Origin: Verrucomicrobiales bacterium
GTDB lineage: Bacteria > Verrucomicrobiota > Verrucomicrobiia > Limisphaerales > CAIMTB01
NCBI GenBank assembly: GCA_020845805.1
Contig: JADLFD010000416.1
Span: 1-59,570 of the forward strand
Reading direction: 5' to 3'
DNA length: 59,570 nucleotides
The notes beneath the pieces were generated by a model, which was not told where the DNA came from, did no database searches, and was given only the letters and a program-made list of their open reading frames with translations. A program made the translations under genes and the position numbers. Shown here piece by piece: positions 7,103 through 15,366 of the stretch (its first letter is position 1; the number at the start of each line of letters is the position of its first letter).

Positions 7103-7909
7103 ATGGTAATCAATACAAACGTCTCGGCTCAGACTGGTGCTCGTCTTCTTGGCGAATCCCAATCGGCATTGTCCAAGTCCCTCGCTCGGTTGTCCTCCGG
7201 CTCGAAGATCGTGTCTCCGGAAGATGATGCGGCAGGTTTGGCGGTGTCGTCCCGATTCGACGCTCAGATCAACCGTATCACGGCGACGAAGAACAACATC
7301 GGTAACGCGATCTCGTTCAGTCAGACCCAGGACGGTTTTCTGAAGAAAGTCGGAAAGGCGTTGGATCGCATGAGCGAGCTGGCGGTTCTGTCCCAGGACG
7401 TCACCAAGATTGACGCCGACCGGGACCTGTATGACGCAGAGTTCCAGACCCTCCAGGCCTACATCACCGATGTGAGCCAGAAGGAGTTCAACGGAGTCAG
7501 TCTCTTCGACGGCGCCACGCTGGGGGTCACGAAGGATGAGGATGGAAACAAGTACAACATGACGTCGGTGGATCTCACCTCCGGCGACGTGTACGACTCC
7601 ATCAGCACCGGCGATGTCACCACCACGACGAACGCCGCCACGGCGCTCACCGCGGTCAAGGATGCGATCACGCAACTGGCGACCGACCGCGCCAACGTCG
7701 GTGCGAACATCTCGCGCCTGAACTACACCAACGAACAGTTGGGCGTGCTCCGCGACAATCTCTCCGCTGCCAACAGCCGCATCAAGGACGTCGACGTCGC
7801 GGAAGAGAGCACCAATTTTGCCCGTAACAACATCCTCGTTCAGGCAGGCACGGCGATGTTGGCGCAGGCAAACGCCAATCCCCAGTCCGCGCTGCGGTTG
7901 CTATCGTAA
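7103..7909 (+). CDS. fliC: Flagellin (second paralog)
   Basis: 268 aa. The ends are MVINTNVSAQ...LSSGSKIVSPEDDAAGLAV and ISRLNYT...AQANANPQSALRLLS. Confidence 0.95.
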   Translation: MVINTNVSAQTGARLLGESQSALSKSLARLSSGSKIVSPEDDAAGLAVSSRFDAQINRITATKNNIGNAISFSQTQDGFLKKVGKALDRMSELAVLSQDVTKIDADRDLYDAEFQTLQAYITDVSQKEFNGVSLFDGATLGVTKDEDGNKYNMTSVDLTSGDVYDSISTGDVTTTTNAATALTAVKDAITQLATDRANVGANISRLNYTNEQLGVLRDNLSAANSRIKDVDVAEESTNFARNNILVQAGTAMLAQANANPQSALRLLS

Positions 7910-7937
7910 TCGCGTCGCAGACGGGTTTGGTTCGACG

Positions 7938-7971
7938 ACCCGGCCGGCCAAAAGCCGGCCGGGTTTTTTTC
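7938..7971 (+). terminator. Rho-independent terminator
   Basis: acccggccggc-caaaa-gccggccgggt forms an 11-bp GC stem followed by a T7 tract. Confidence 0.85.
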
Positions 7972-8052
7972 TTCCCTCGCTTCCTTCCCGCCCCTCCCTC
8001 GCCCGCCCTCGGACAATCGTCCTAGAAGGCACCCCGTTGACCGCGGGGCTCT

Positions 8053-8079
8053 TAACCCCGGCCAGCTTCCAACCGATAG
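8053..8079 (+). promoter_or_regulatory. Candidate sigma-28 promoter abutting fliD start
   Basis: TAAC-N15-ACCGATAG. The -10 octamer ends 9 nt before the fliD ATG. Confidence 0.4.
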
Positions 8080-8088
8080 ACCCGCAGG

Positions 8089-9807
8089 ATGGACCTTGGA
8101 GTGTCAGGTCTGGCGTCGAATTTCGACTGGCGTTCGCTCATCGATCAGATGGTCGATATCGAGCGCCTGCCGCAGAAGCGTCTGCTCGGCGAGCAAAACC
8201 TGCTCGAGCAGCGCAAGAACGCCTATAGCAGCATCGCCACCCAGTTGGGTGTGCTGCGCAACCGCATCTCGGCATTGCGCGAGGACTCCCTCTACGCCAC
8301 CCGCACCACGAGCAGCACGGACACGACCACCGCCACCGCGTCGGCCGCGGCAGGGTCGGTGCAGGGGACCTACCGTTTCGCTTTTCAGCAGTTGGCCACC
8401 GCGGCACGGCACGTGGGGGCCACCGGCGCCGGCGCCGCCTTGAGCACGACGTCGGACGTGTCGGGAGTGGTCCTGGACTCAGCCGGCTTCGCCACGAGTG
8501 TGACCGCGGGCGTGTTCCGGGTAAACGGAGCCGAGGTGACGGTGGCGACCACCGACACCCTCCAGGGCGTGTTCGACAAGATCAGTACGGCGACGGGCAG
8601 CGCGGTGACGGCCTCCTACAACGCCACCAGCGATCGCATCCAGCTTTCGAGTGCCTCGCCGATCGTCCTGGGGAGCGCGACGGACACGAGCAACTTCCTG
8701 CAGGTGGCCCAGCTGTACAACAACGGGACGTCCTCGATCTCAAGCGCTGGCGGCCTAGGCAGCGCCCGCCTCTCCGCCACCCTCAGTTCCGCGAACCTGT
8801 CCACGACGCTCACTTACGGCGGCAGTGGGGCGGGGCTTTTCAAGGTGAACGGGGTCGAGATCGAGTATTCCTCCTCCGACACGCTCTCCACCGTTCTGAA
8901 GAGGATCGGGGACTCGGAGGCCGGGGTCACCGCCAGCTACGATTTCATCAATGACCGCTTCGTCCTGGCCAACAAGGGGACGGGCGACGTCGGGATCGCA
9001 CTCGAGGACGTGTCCGGGAATTTCCTGGCCGCGTCGAAGCTGTCGTCCGGGGCGCTCGAGCGGGGCAAGGATCTGCTTTACACGGTGAATGGGGGCGGGC
9101 AGTTGCGCAGTTCGTCGAACACGGTGACGGACGCGAGCTCCGGCCTCACGGGGCTGACCGTCACTGCCCTCAAGGAGAGCGCCACCGCCGATATCAGCGT
9201 CTCCAGCGACACCTCGAAGGTGCGCGCCGCAATCACCTCCTTCATCGACGACTACAATCGCGTCCAGTCGCTGATCTCCTCCCAGACCGAGTCCACCACG
9301 GATGCCGATGGCAAGGTCGAGACCAATACGCTGACATCGGAAGGAGATGCTGAGAGCATCGCCTCGACCCTGCGTAAGATGGTGTATTCCTCCGTTTCCG
9401 GACTCGAAGCGACCATGTCGCATCTGGCCCGGCTGGGGATCTCGACCAACAGCGACGATGACACGCTGGAGCTGGAGGACGGCGGGATGCTGGACGAGGC
9501 GCTGGCGACCCAGCTGGAGGACGTCCAGGCGTTGTGGAACGACGACGCGGTGGGCATCGCCACGAAGTTGGACGAGTACATGGAACGTCTGATCGGCGAC
9601 GACGGGTCGCTGGTTGCGAAACAGGATGTCCTGGTGAAGCAGGCTTCGGGCATCGATGTGCAGGTGGCGGATCTCGAGCGGCTGGTGCAGTCCAATCGTC
9701 AACGGCTGATCGACAGTTTTGTGGCGATGGAGCAGGCTCAGTCCAAGATTAACCAGCAGATGCAGTTTCTGTCGCAGCGGTACGGCATCTCCTCGACCTC
9801 GAGCTGA
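8089..9807 (+). CDS. fliD: Flagellar filament cap protein FliD
   Basis: 572 aa. The N-terminus is MDLGVSGLASNFDWRSLIDQMVDIERLPQKRL and the C-terminal coiled coil is LIDSFVAMEQAQSKINQQMQFL. Confidence 0.9.
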   Translation: MDLGVSGLASNFDWRSLIDQMVDIERLPQKRLLGEQNLLEQRKNAYSSIATQLGVLRNRISALREDSLYATRTTSSTDTTTATASAAAGSVQGTYRFAFQQLATAARHVGATGAGAALSTTSDVSGVVLDSAGFATSVTAGVFRVNGAEVTVATTDTLQGVFDKISTATGSAVTASYNATSDRIQLSSASPIVLGSATDTSNFLQVAQLYNNGTSSISSAGGLGSARLSATLSSANLSTTLTYGGSGAGLFKVNGVEIEYSSSDTLSTVLKRIGDSEAGVTASYDFINDRFVLANKGTGDVGIALEDVSGNFLAASKLSSGALERGKDLLYTVNGGGQLRSSSNTVTDASSGLTGLTVTALKESATADISVSSDTSKVRAAITSFIDDYNRVQSLISSQTESTTDADGKVETNTLTSEGDAESIASTLRKMVYSSVSGLEATMSHLARLGISTNSDDDTLELEDGGMLDEALATQLEDVQALWNDDAVGIATKLDEYMERLIGDDGSLVAKQDVLVKQASGIDVQVADLERLVQSNRQRLIDSFVAMEQAQSKINQQMQFLSQRYGISSTSS

Positions 9808-9868
9808 ACCTCTTATCCTGATTTCCATGAATGGTCCGCATCGACCGACGCACACCGCCTGGCGGGAA

Positions 9869-9876
9869 GGGGGGGG
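9869..9876 (+). repeat. G8 homopolymer in the 5' region of the lipoprotein gene
   Basis: The sequence aaggggggggtgaacaggggATG has eight consecutive G that end 10 nt before the ATG. Confidence 0.9.
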
Positions 9877-9886
9877 TGAACAGGGG

Positions 9887-10564
9887 ATGCACCGGTTCCT
9901 CGCTCTGACGATTCTTCTTAGCGCCCTGGCTCCCTGGGGAGCCGGCTGTGGCACCGCCACCGACGTGCGCACCCGCCTCGCCACTCCGGGGCCGTTCTAT
10001 CAGCCGACGAACGTCTTTCGCGCGGACGCCAAGCTACCGGCCAGCCTCAAGCGGGTGGTGGTGCTGCCGCTGACACCGGCGGGCCCGGGGGTGGACATCG
10101 CTTCGGCGCCCGCGACTCTGGAACCGCTGTTGATCCAGGAGTTGGGGAAGTCGGGGCGGTTTGAGCTTATGCCCATGGCGCCGGCGGCGCTGAAGCAGTT
10201 GACCGGCCGGGCGACCTGGAGTGCCAGCGATCTGTTCCCCACCAATTTCTTCGATCGTCTCCGGGACTCGACCGGCTGCGACGGCGTGCTGTTTTCCGAG
10301 GTCACGGCCTACAAGGCCTATCCGCCCATGACGGTGGGTTGGCGTTTGCGTCTGATGGACGTGGACGGACCGACCGTGTGGTGGGCGGTGGACGAGGTGT
10401 TCGACGCGTCGAACGCCTTGGTGGCCAACGCCGCCAAGCGGTATCACCTGACCAACGCAGGCAAGCCGGCGGAATTGACCGATCCGGCCGAGATCCTGCT
10501 ATCCCCGCGTCGTTTCGCGGGTTACGCGGCCAGTGCGTTGGTGGAGACGTGTCCGAAAAGATAG
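9887..10564 (+). CDS. Lipoprotein, DUF799/GNA1162- or FlgO/LpoB-like fold (putative flagellar accessory)
   Basis: MHRFLALTILLSALAPWGAGCGT is a signal peptide with a lipobox. It is followed by VVVLPLTP...GRFELMP...CDGVLFSEVTAY...RLRLMDVDGPTVWW. I chose the internal ATG at 9887. Confidence 0.6.
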   Translation: MHRFLALTILLSALAPWGAGCGTATDVRTRLATPGPFYQPTNVFRADAKLPASLKRVVVLPLTPAGPGVDIASAPATLEPLLIQELGKSGRFELMPMAPAALKQLTGRATWSASDLFPTNFFDRLRDSTGCDGVLFSEVTAYKAYPPMTVGWRLRLMDVDGPTVWWAVDEVFDASNALVANAAKRYHLTNAGKPAELTDPAEILLSPRRFAGYAASALVETCPKR

Positions 10565-10578
10565 CAGTGAGTTTTGCC

Positions 10579-10606
10579 TAAAGGAATTTCACAGGTACGC
10601 CGATAG
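10579..10606 (+). promoter_or_regulatory. Sigma-28 promoter upstream of flgM-like/fliS
   Basis: TAAAGGAA-tttcacaggtac-GCCGATAG. This is the closest match to TAAA-N15/16-GCCGATAA in the window. Confidence 0.7.
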
Positions 10607-10665
10607 AGAACCACGAAAGGTAACAAAACCACGTACCTCAAGCCTGCCGGAATGGGAGAAGAAGT

Positions 10666-10929
10666 ATGGAAGTCCATGCCAACAACAACACGAATGGAGT
10701 CGATCCGGTCCGGTTCTCGCGCACGGCGCCGCGCCGCCCGGCTGAACCCACCCAAGACCAGACCAGTTTCGAGGGGGTCAACGCGGTGAATCGCGCCTTG
10801 GAGGCGACCCCCGCCAGCCGATCCGAAGCGGTGGATCGCGCCACGGGTCTGATTGGTGACTTAACCTATCCGCCCCGCGAGACGATTCAGAGATTGTCAC
10901 ATCTCCTGGCGTTGAAACTCCAGGAATGA
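10666..10929 (+). CDS. flgM: Putative anti-sigma-28 factor FlgM (alternative: FlaG-like)
   Basis: 87 aa with a disordered N-terminus. The C-terminus SRSEAVDRATGLIGDLTYPPRETIQRLSHLLALKL fits the FlgM pattern R-x-E-x-V...I...Y......I...LL. A sigma-28 promoter lies upstream. Confidence 0.5.
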   Translation: MEVHANNNTNGVDPVRFSRTAPRRPAEPTQDQTSFEGVNAVNRALEATPASRSEAVDRATGLIGDLTYPPRETIQRLSHLLALKLQE

Positions 10930-10951
10930 ACCGCCGGACGTCGCTCCTCTC

Positions 10952-11383
10952 ATGAATCGCCAGCTCATCAGCCGTTCGTACCTTCAGGTCGCGACCCAGA
11001 CCGCGTCCCGGGGCCAGCTCGTACTCATGCTGTATGAGGGAGCCATCCGGTTCCTGGAACGGGCGCTGGGTGGGTTCGCGATCGATGATCCGGCGGAATG
11101 CAACGAGACCATCAACAACAACATTCAACGAGCCCAGGCCATTCTGGACGAGCTGAACTCGGCCTTGAACGTCGAGGACGGGGGCGAGTTGGCCGACCGC
11201 TTGAGGGCCTTGTATCACTACATGGACGAGCGGTTGCAGACGGCGAACCTCAAGAAGACCACGCCCGAGGTGGAGGAAGTGATCGTCCATCTGACCACGC
11301 TGCGTGACGCGTGGCGCGAGATGCTCTGCCAGGACACCGCGCCCGACGAAGCGCGCCTGAGCGGGCTGGCCGTCGTGGGTTAA
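10952..11383 (+). CDS. fliS: Flagellin-specific chaperone FliS
   Basis: 143 aa. The sequence has QLVLMLYEGAIRFL...IQRAQAILDELNSALN...LYHYMDERL. Confidence 0.9.
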   Translation: MNRQLISRSYLQVATQTASRGQLVLMLYEGAIRFLERALGGFAIDDPAECNETINNNIQRAQAILDELNSALNVEDGGELADRLRALYHYMDERLQTANLKKTTPEVEEVIVHLTTLRDAWREMLCQDTAPDEARLSGLAVVG

Positions 11384-11406
11384 CCTTTTTCGACCTCTCC
11401 CCAGCC

Positions 11407-11784
11407 ATGGTGGCCGCCGAATCCTGGACCGTGCTTTACGCCGAGTGGCGACGCCTGACGGAGGCGGAAGCGGAGGCCATCGAGAAGGATGCCTGGGAGT
11501 TGCTCTCAGTGCACCAGCAGGCGAAGTCCGAATTGCGCGACGCCATCGTTGACGCCGAGGAGGCCCGCGGTCCCTGCGAGGGGGACGAGGAAGTCCGCCG
11601 CCGGCAGGTGATTGCCGAGCTGATTTGTCTCGAGACGCGGAACCATGAGGCCATCACGCGGCGCCGGTGTGCAGCGCAATCCCAGCAGGCCGACCTGGAG
11701 CGCCGGCGGATGGACTTGCGGCGCATTCAGCGCGCCCACGCCCATGGCACGCATCGGGATCCGGTCTGGCAGCAGTATTCCTGA
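11407..11784 (+). CDS. Small helical protein, FliT-like position and pattern
   Basis: 125 aa. WTVLYAEWRRLTEAEAEAIEKDAWELL resembles the FliT W..L....W..L design. The gene is immediately downstream of fliS. Confidence 0.4.
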   Translation: MVAAESWTVLYAEWRRLTEAEAEAIEKDAWELLSVHQQAKSELRDAIVDAEEARGPCEGDEEVRRRQVIAELICLETRNHEAITRRRCAAQSQQADLERRRMDLRRIQRAHAHGTHRDPVWQQYS

Positions 11785-11896
11785 GTCCCAGGCTGCGCAT
11801 GTTCCGCGATCGAACGTCCCGCGGGTTTGACTCGGTTCCTCCGCCCGATACGCTGCGTCCGCGCAGGACGACAGAACGCGATGATCGGCACCTAGC

Positions 11897-13885
11897 ATGG
11901 GCGTGACGGCGAACGCAGACCTTGGCGACGCAACGGATCTTCCGGCGGACGACGTTCCCGCGCGGGCTGGGCTGGGGGCGGCCTCCTGGGTGGACGGCGG
12001 CCAGGCGGTGCTGGATGCAGCGGGGCAAATCCTTTCGCACAACGACGCGCTGGGCGTCTGGTTGGGAGGCGGCGATCCGGATTCGGGTTTGGGTGTGGCC
12101 TTCTGGGATTTGTTGCAGCGTCGTTTTCCCGCTTCGGAGATGGCGATCCAGTCTTTGCGGGTCGATCCGGTCGTCTTTGCGTCGATCGATCTGGAGGGGA
12201 GCGGAGACGAGACGGACGGGGGCTGGTGCCGGCTGGAGCGGACGCGGGTGGGGGAGTCGGAGGTGGTTCGTCTCGGCTCGATGCTGGCGCCGGGCAAGGA
12301 GCTTGCGGAGCAGGGCTGGCGCGAGGCCTACAGCGGGCCGGCGGCGGGTCGGGAGCTGTTTCTTCGCCTGCAACGCGCCGAGGCCCAGCTGCAGAAGCTC
12401 TCGCAGCACTGGCCGGGAGTGATCTTCAGCCAGCGCCCGGATTTCGATTTTCATTTTGTCAGCGGCCGCATCGAGGAACTGACGGGGGTGAGCCTGGAGG
12501 AGTGGCGGCGGCGCCGCGGCCGGTTCCTGGATATCGTGCACGAGTCGGACGTGGCGGAGTTGCAGAACCAGTGCCGCCTTTCCGCCCGCAGCGGGCAGTC
12601 GGTGACCAACACCTTCCGGATCCGCAACGTACAGACCGGGCGGGTGAGTTACGTGCTGGAGCACCGGCAGCCTTCGTTGAGCCGGAGCGGGCTGTTGTTG
12701 GGGTACGAGGGGGTGTGGCTGGATGTCACCCGCCAGACGCTGGCGGAGAAGCTTCTGACTTCGGCGGCGTGGAAGGAAACGCTGGCGGTGCTCACCATGG
12801 GGTTGGCGCACGACTTCAGCAACGTCATGGCCGGGATTCACTCGCTGAGCGAGTCCTTCCTCAGCCAGCTGGAGGAGGGACACGCGTTCCGGGAAGGGCT
12901 CGACCTGATCAAGAAGAGCTCGCTCCAGGCCTCGCAGCTGGTGCACCGCATCGTGAATTTGCACCTGGGCAAGCCGGGGGAACGCAATTACCACGACCTG
13001 AACCAGATTGTCGGCGAGTTGTTGGAGCTGGTGCGCAAGGTCATCCCCCGCCGCATCGAAGTGATCTCGGAGCTCTCGCCGGAGGCGTTGCCGGTTTACG
13101 TCGACGCGGTGGAATTCCGCCAGGTGATCATCAACCTGGCGCTGAACGCGGCCGACGCGATGCCCGAGCGCGGCCGTCTGGTGCTGCGCACGGCGCGGCA
13201 GGCGAGCCGGCCGGGTGCGAGCAGCTGGCACGGGGTCGCGCTGCGGTTCCCCTGCGTCTGTCTGACCGTGGCCGACAACGGGACCGGGATCCGTCCCTCC
13301 CATCGCGACGCGGTGTTCGATCCGTTCTTCACCACCAAGGCCGGGGGCAAGGGTTCCGGGCTGGGACTGTACAACGCCCGATTGTTCGCGGAGAAACACC
13401 AGGGCGGCATCGCGCTGGATTCGGAGGAGAAGGTGGGCACGAGTTTTTACGTCTGCCTGCCGGAGGCGGACTTCACCGAATCAGAGCGTGCGGAGTCCGC
13501 GGCCGGGCCGGAGGCCCAGCGCCGGGGTCTGTTGCTTTTTGCTTCTTCGGACAGCCTGGCCGGGCCGACGGCGGAGATGCTGCGCACGGAGGGGTACCAC
13601 GTCGCGGTGGCGAAGCTCACCGAACAGGCTGGGGACATTCTGGGGGGGGGCGACTATCTATACGAGGGCGTGTTCATCGTGCTGGAATCGGCGGGGACCA
13701 GCCTCGCCCCTGCGGTGGCCTCGTGGGTGTCGCGACATCCGCGCCTGCGCGTCATCCTGCGGCCTCTGGGTCGTGATGGGGACGATCTTGAACCCGAGTT
13801 GGTGCGGTTGGCGGATCTGGTTCTGAATCCCGAGTTGTCGCAGCGCTCGTTACTGGAGAAGCTGCGCGCGACCCTCAGCCGCTGA
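11897..13885 (+). CDS. PAS sensor histidine kinase with C-terminal Asp-less pseudo-receiver
   Basis: The H-box is GLAHDFSNVMAGI, the N-box INLALNAADAM, G1 DNGTGI and G2 GSGLGLYNA. The C-terminal roughly 130 aa are REC-like, but FIVLE replaces the acceptor Asp. Confidence 0.85.
   Translation: MGVTANADLGDATDLPADDVPARAGLGAASWVDGGQAVLDAAGQILSHNDALGVWLGGGDPDSGLGVAFWDLLQRRFPASEMAIQSLRVDPVVFASIDLEGSGDETDGGWCRLERTRVGESEVVRLGSMLAPGKELAEQGWREAYSGPAAGRELFLRLQRAEAQLQKLSQHWPGVIFSQRPDFDFHFVSGRIEELTGVSLEEWRRRRGRFLDIVHESDVAELQNQCRLSARSGQSVTNTFRIRNVQTGRVSYVLEHRQPSLSRSGLLLGYEGVWLDVTRQTLAEKLLTSAAWKETLAVLTMGLAHDFSNVMAGIHSLSESFLSQLEEGHAFREGLDLIKKSSLQASQLVHRIVNLHLGKPGERNYHDLNQIVGELLELVRKVIPRRIEVISELSPEALPVYVDAVEFRQVIINLALNAADAMPERGRLVLRTARQASRPGASSWHGVALRFPCVCLTVADNGTGIRPSHRDAVFDPFFTTKAGGKGSGLGLYNARLFAEKHQGGIALDSEEKVGTSFYVCLPEADFTESERAESAAGPEAQRRGLLLFASSDSLAGPTAEMLRTEGYHVAVAKLTEQAGDILGGGDYLYEGVFIVLESAGTSLAPAVASWVSRHPRLRVILRPLGRDGDDLEPELVRLADLVLNPELSQRSLLEKLRATLSR
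13642..13650 (+). repeat. G9 homopolymer inside histidine kinase gene
   Basis: The sequence ctg ggg ggg ggc encodes LGGG. Nine consecutive G counted. Confidence 0.9.
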
Positions 13886-13893
13886 GTCTGACC

Positions 13894-15204
13894 GTGAGCA
13901 CGCCGCCTTCATCCCCGACCCCCGCGACCACGCCCGGGGCCCCTTTGTCTCCCGGGCTGCGCCGTCTGTTGGTGGTGGACGACGAGGAAATCGTGCTGGT
14001 TGCCCTGCGCGAGACCCTGCTGCGGGTCGGGTACGAGGTGGTGGCGACGGGGGACGCGGCGGATGCCCTCGAGAAGCTGAAGCAATCGGCGTTTGCGGTG
14101 ATCATCACCGACCAGCAGATGCCCCGCATGACGGGGCTCGAATTCCTCTCTCGGGCCAAGCAGGTGCAGCCGGATGCGACGCGCATCCTGATCACCGCGG
14201 TGTTGAACCTCAGTACGGTCATCGAGGCCATCAACACAGGCGAGATCTACCGGTTCGTCATCAAACCGTGGTTGCGCGAAGAATTCCTGGGGGCCATCGA
14301 AAGCGCCGTCCAGCGTCACCAGCTGGTCGCGCGCAACAAGGAGTTGCAGGCGGAAACGCAGGTGGCCAACGCCCAGTTGGTCACGCTGAACCGCGAACTC
14401 GAGTTGCAGGTGGCCCGCGTGGCCGAGCAGAACCGCGAGCTCGAGGTGCTCAACGGCGCGCTTCAGCAGAATCTCCAGCGGTCGGTCGAGCTGTGCGTCA
14501 AGACGATGGAGACTTTCTACCCGACGCTGGGGATGCAGGCGCGTCGGGTGCACGAATTGTGCCGTTCCATGGGAATGAGCGCCGGGCTTTCGCCCGTGAA
14601 CCAGCGTGCCCTTGAGATCGCCGCCTGGCTCCATGACGTCGGTTTGGTGGGCGTCCCGCGTCGGTTGATCCGGCGATGGCAGATGGGCAACGAACCCCTC
14701 AGCGAGGCGGAACGCTCCCTGATCGAGCAGCATCCTGTGCTGGGCGAAGAACTGGCCTCGTTCGTGGATCCGCTCGAGCCCGTGCGCTCCGCCATCCGCA
14801 CGCATCACGAACGATTTGACGGGAAGGGGTACCCGGCGCGGCTGGCGGGGGAAGCCATTCCCTGGCTGGGCCGGCTGCTGGGAGTGGCGGTGGCCTATGC
14901 CGAGAGCGACCTCGACCAGGCGGGTGCCCTGGCTCAATTGCGATCGGAGAGTGGCACGGCGTTTGATCCCGAGGCGGTGCTCATCCTGATGCGCTCGCTG
15001 CCGAGGGCGACGCTCTCCCGGAAGCAGCGGGAAATCTCCCTGTCGGAGCTTCGTCCGGGCATGGTGTTAGCCAAAGGGATCTATACCGCGAGCGGGATCC
15101 TCCTGGTGCCCGACGGCCACCAGCTCAACGAGACCTACATCGATAAACTGCGGAACCACCACCGCATCAGTCCCATCTCGCAGTCCCTGATGGTCTACTG
15201 TTGA
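13894..15204 (+). CDS. Response regulator with HD-GYP domain (RpfG-like c-di-GMP phosphodiesterase)
   Basis: The REC domain reads LLVVDDEEIV...VIITDQQMPRMTG. A coiled-coil linker follows, then AAWLHDVGL and HHERFDGKGYP. The start codon is GTG. Confidence 0.85.
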   Translation: MSTPPSSPTPATTPGAPLSPGLRRLLVVDDEEIVLVALRETLLRVGYEVVATGDAADALEKLKQSAFAVIITDQQMPRMTGLEFLSRAKQVQPDATRILITAVLNLSTVIEAINTGEIYRFVIKPWLREEFLGAIESAVQRHQLVARNKELQAETQVANAQLVTLNRELELQVARVAEQNRELEVLNGALQQNLQRSVELCVKTMETFYPTLGMQARRVHELCRSMGMSAGLSPVNQRALEIAAWLHDVGLVGVPRRLIRRWQMGNEPLSEAERSLIEQHPVLGEELASFVDPLEPVRSAIRTHHERFDGKGYPARLAGEAIPWLGRLLGVAVAYAESDLDQAGALAQLRSESGTAFDPEAVLILMRSLPRATLSRKQREISLSELRPGMVLAKGIYTASGILLVPDGHQLNETYIDKLRNHHRISPISQSLMVYC

Positions 15205-15305
15205 GCTGTGGTGGTCGACCCTGGGCGCCGGATCGGGGCGGGTCGAGGCCTGGGTGTGGGCGGGAGGCCACGGCGGCGGAGGAGGGGATGGGGCTCAAGA
15301 ACGGT

Positions 15306-15332
15306 TCAGCGTTCACCCTGGGCGACCGATAT
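15306..15332 (+). promoter_or_regulatory. Weak sigma-28-like element upstream of cheA
   Basis: TCAG-N15-ACCGATAT. The -10 is good and the -35 is poor. It lies 34 nt before the ATG at 15367. Confidence 0.25.
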
Positions 15333-15366
15333 TCCGAGGGAAGTCGTTTCGCACGAACCTCATCGT

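Noticed and set aside
15208-15366. N-terminally extended versions of track ORFs: cheA from 15208, cheD from 4284, cheB from 5720, csrA from 3118, the lipoprotein from 9719, flgB from 28311, flgF from 52299, flgI from 55505, fliP from 42194, fliH from 31906, the hybrid kinase from 19267, cheX from 22439, and others.
   Set aside because: The extensions are Arg/Gly-rich, overlap the upstream gene or a predicted promoter, and are absent from the family N-termini. Internal starts restore canonical N-termini, signal peptides or SD spacing.
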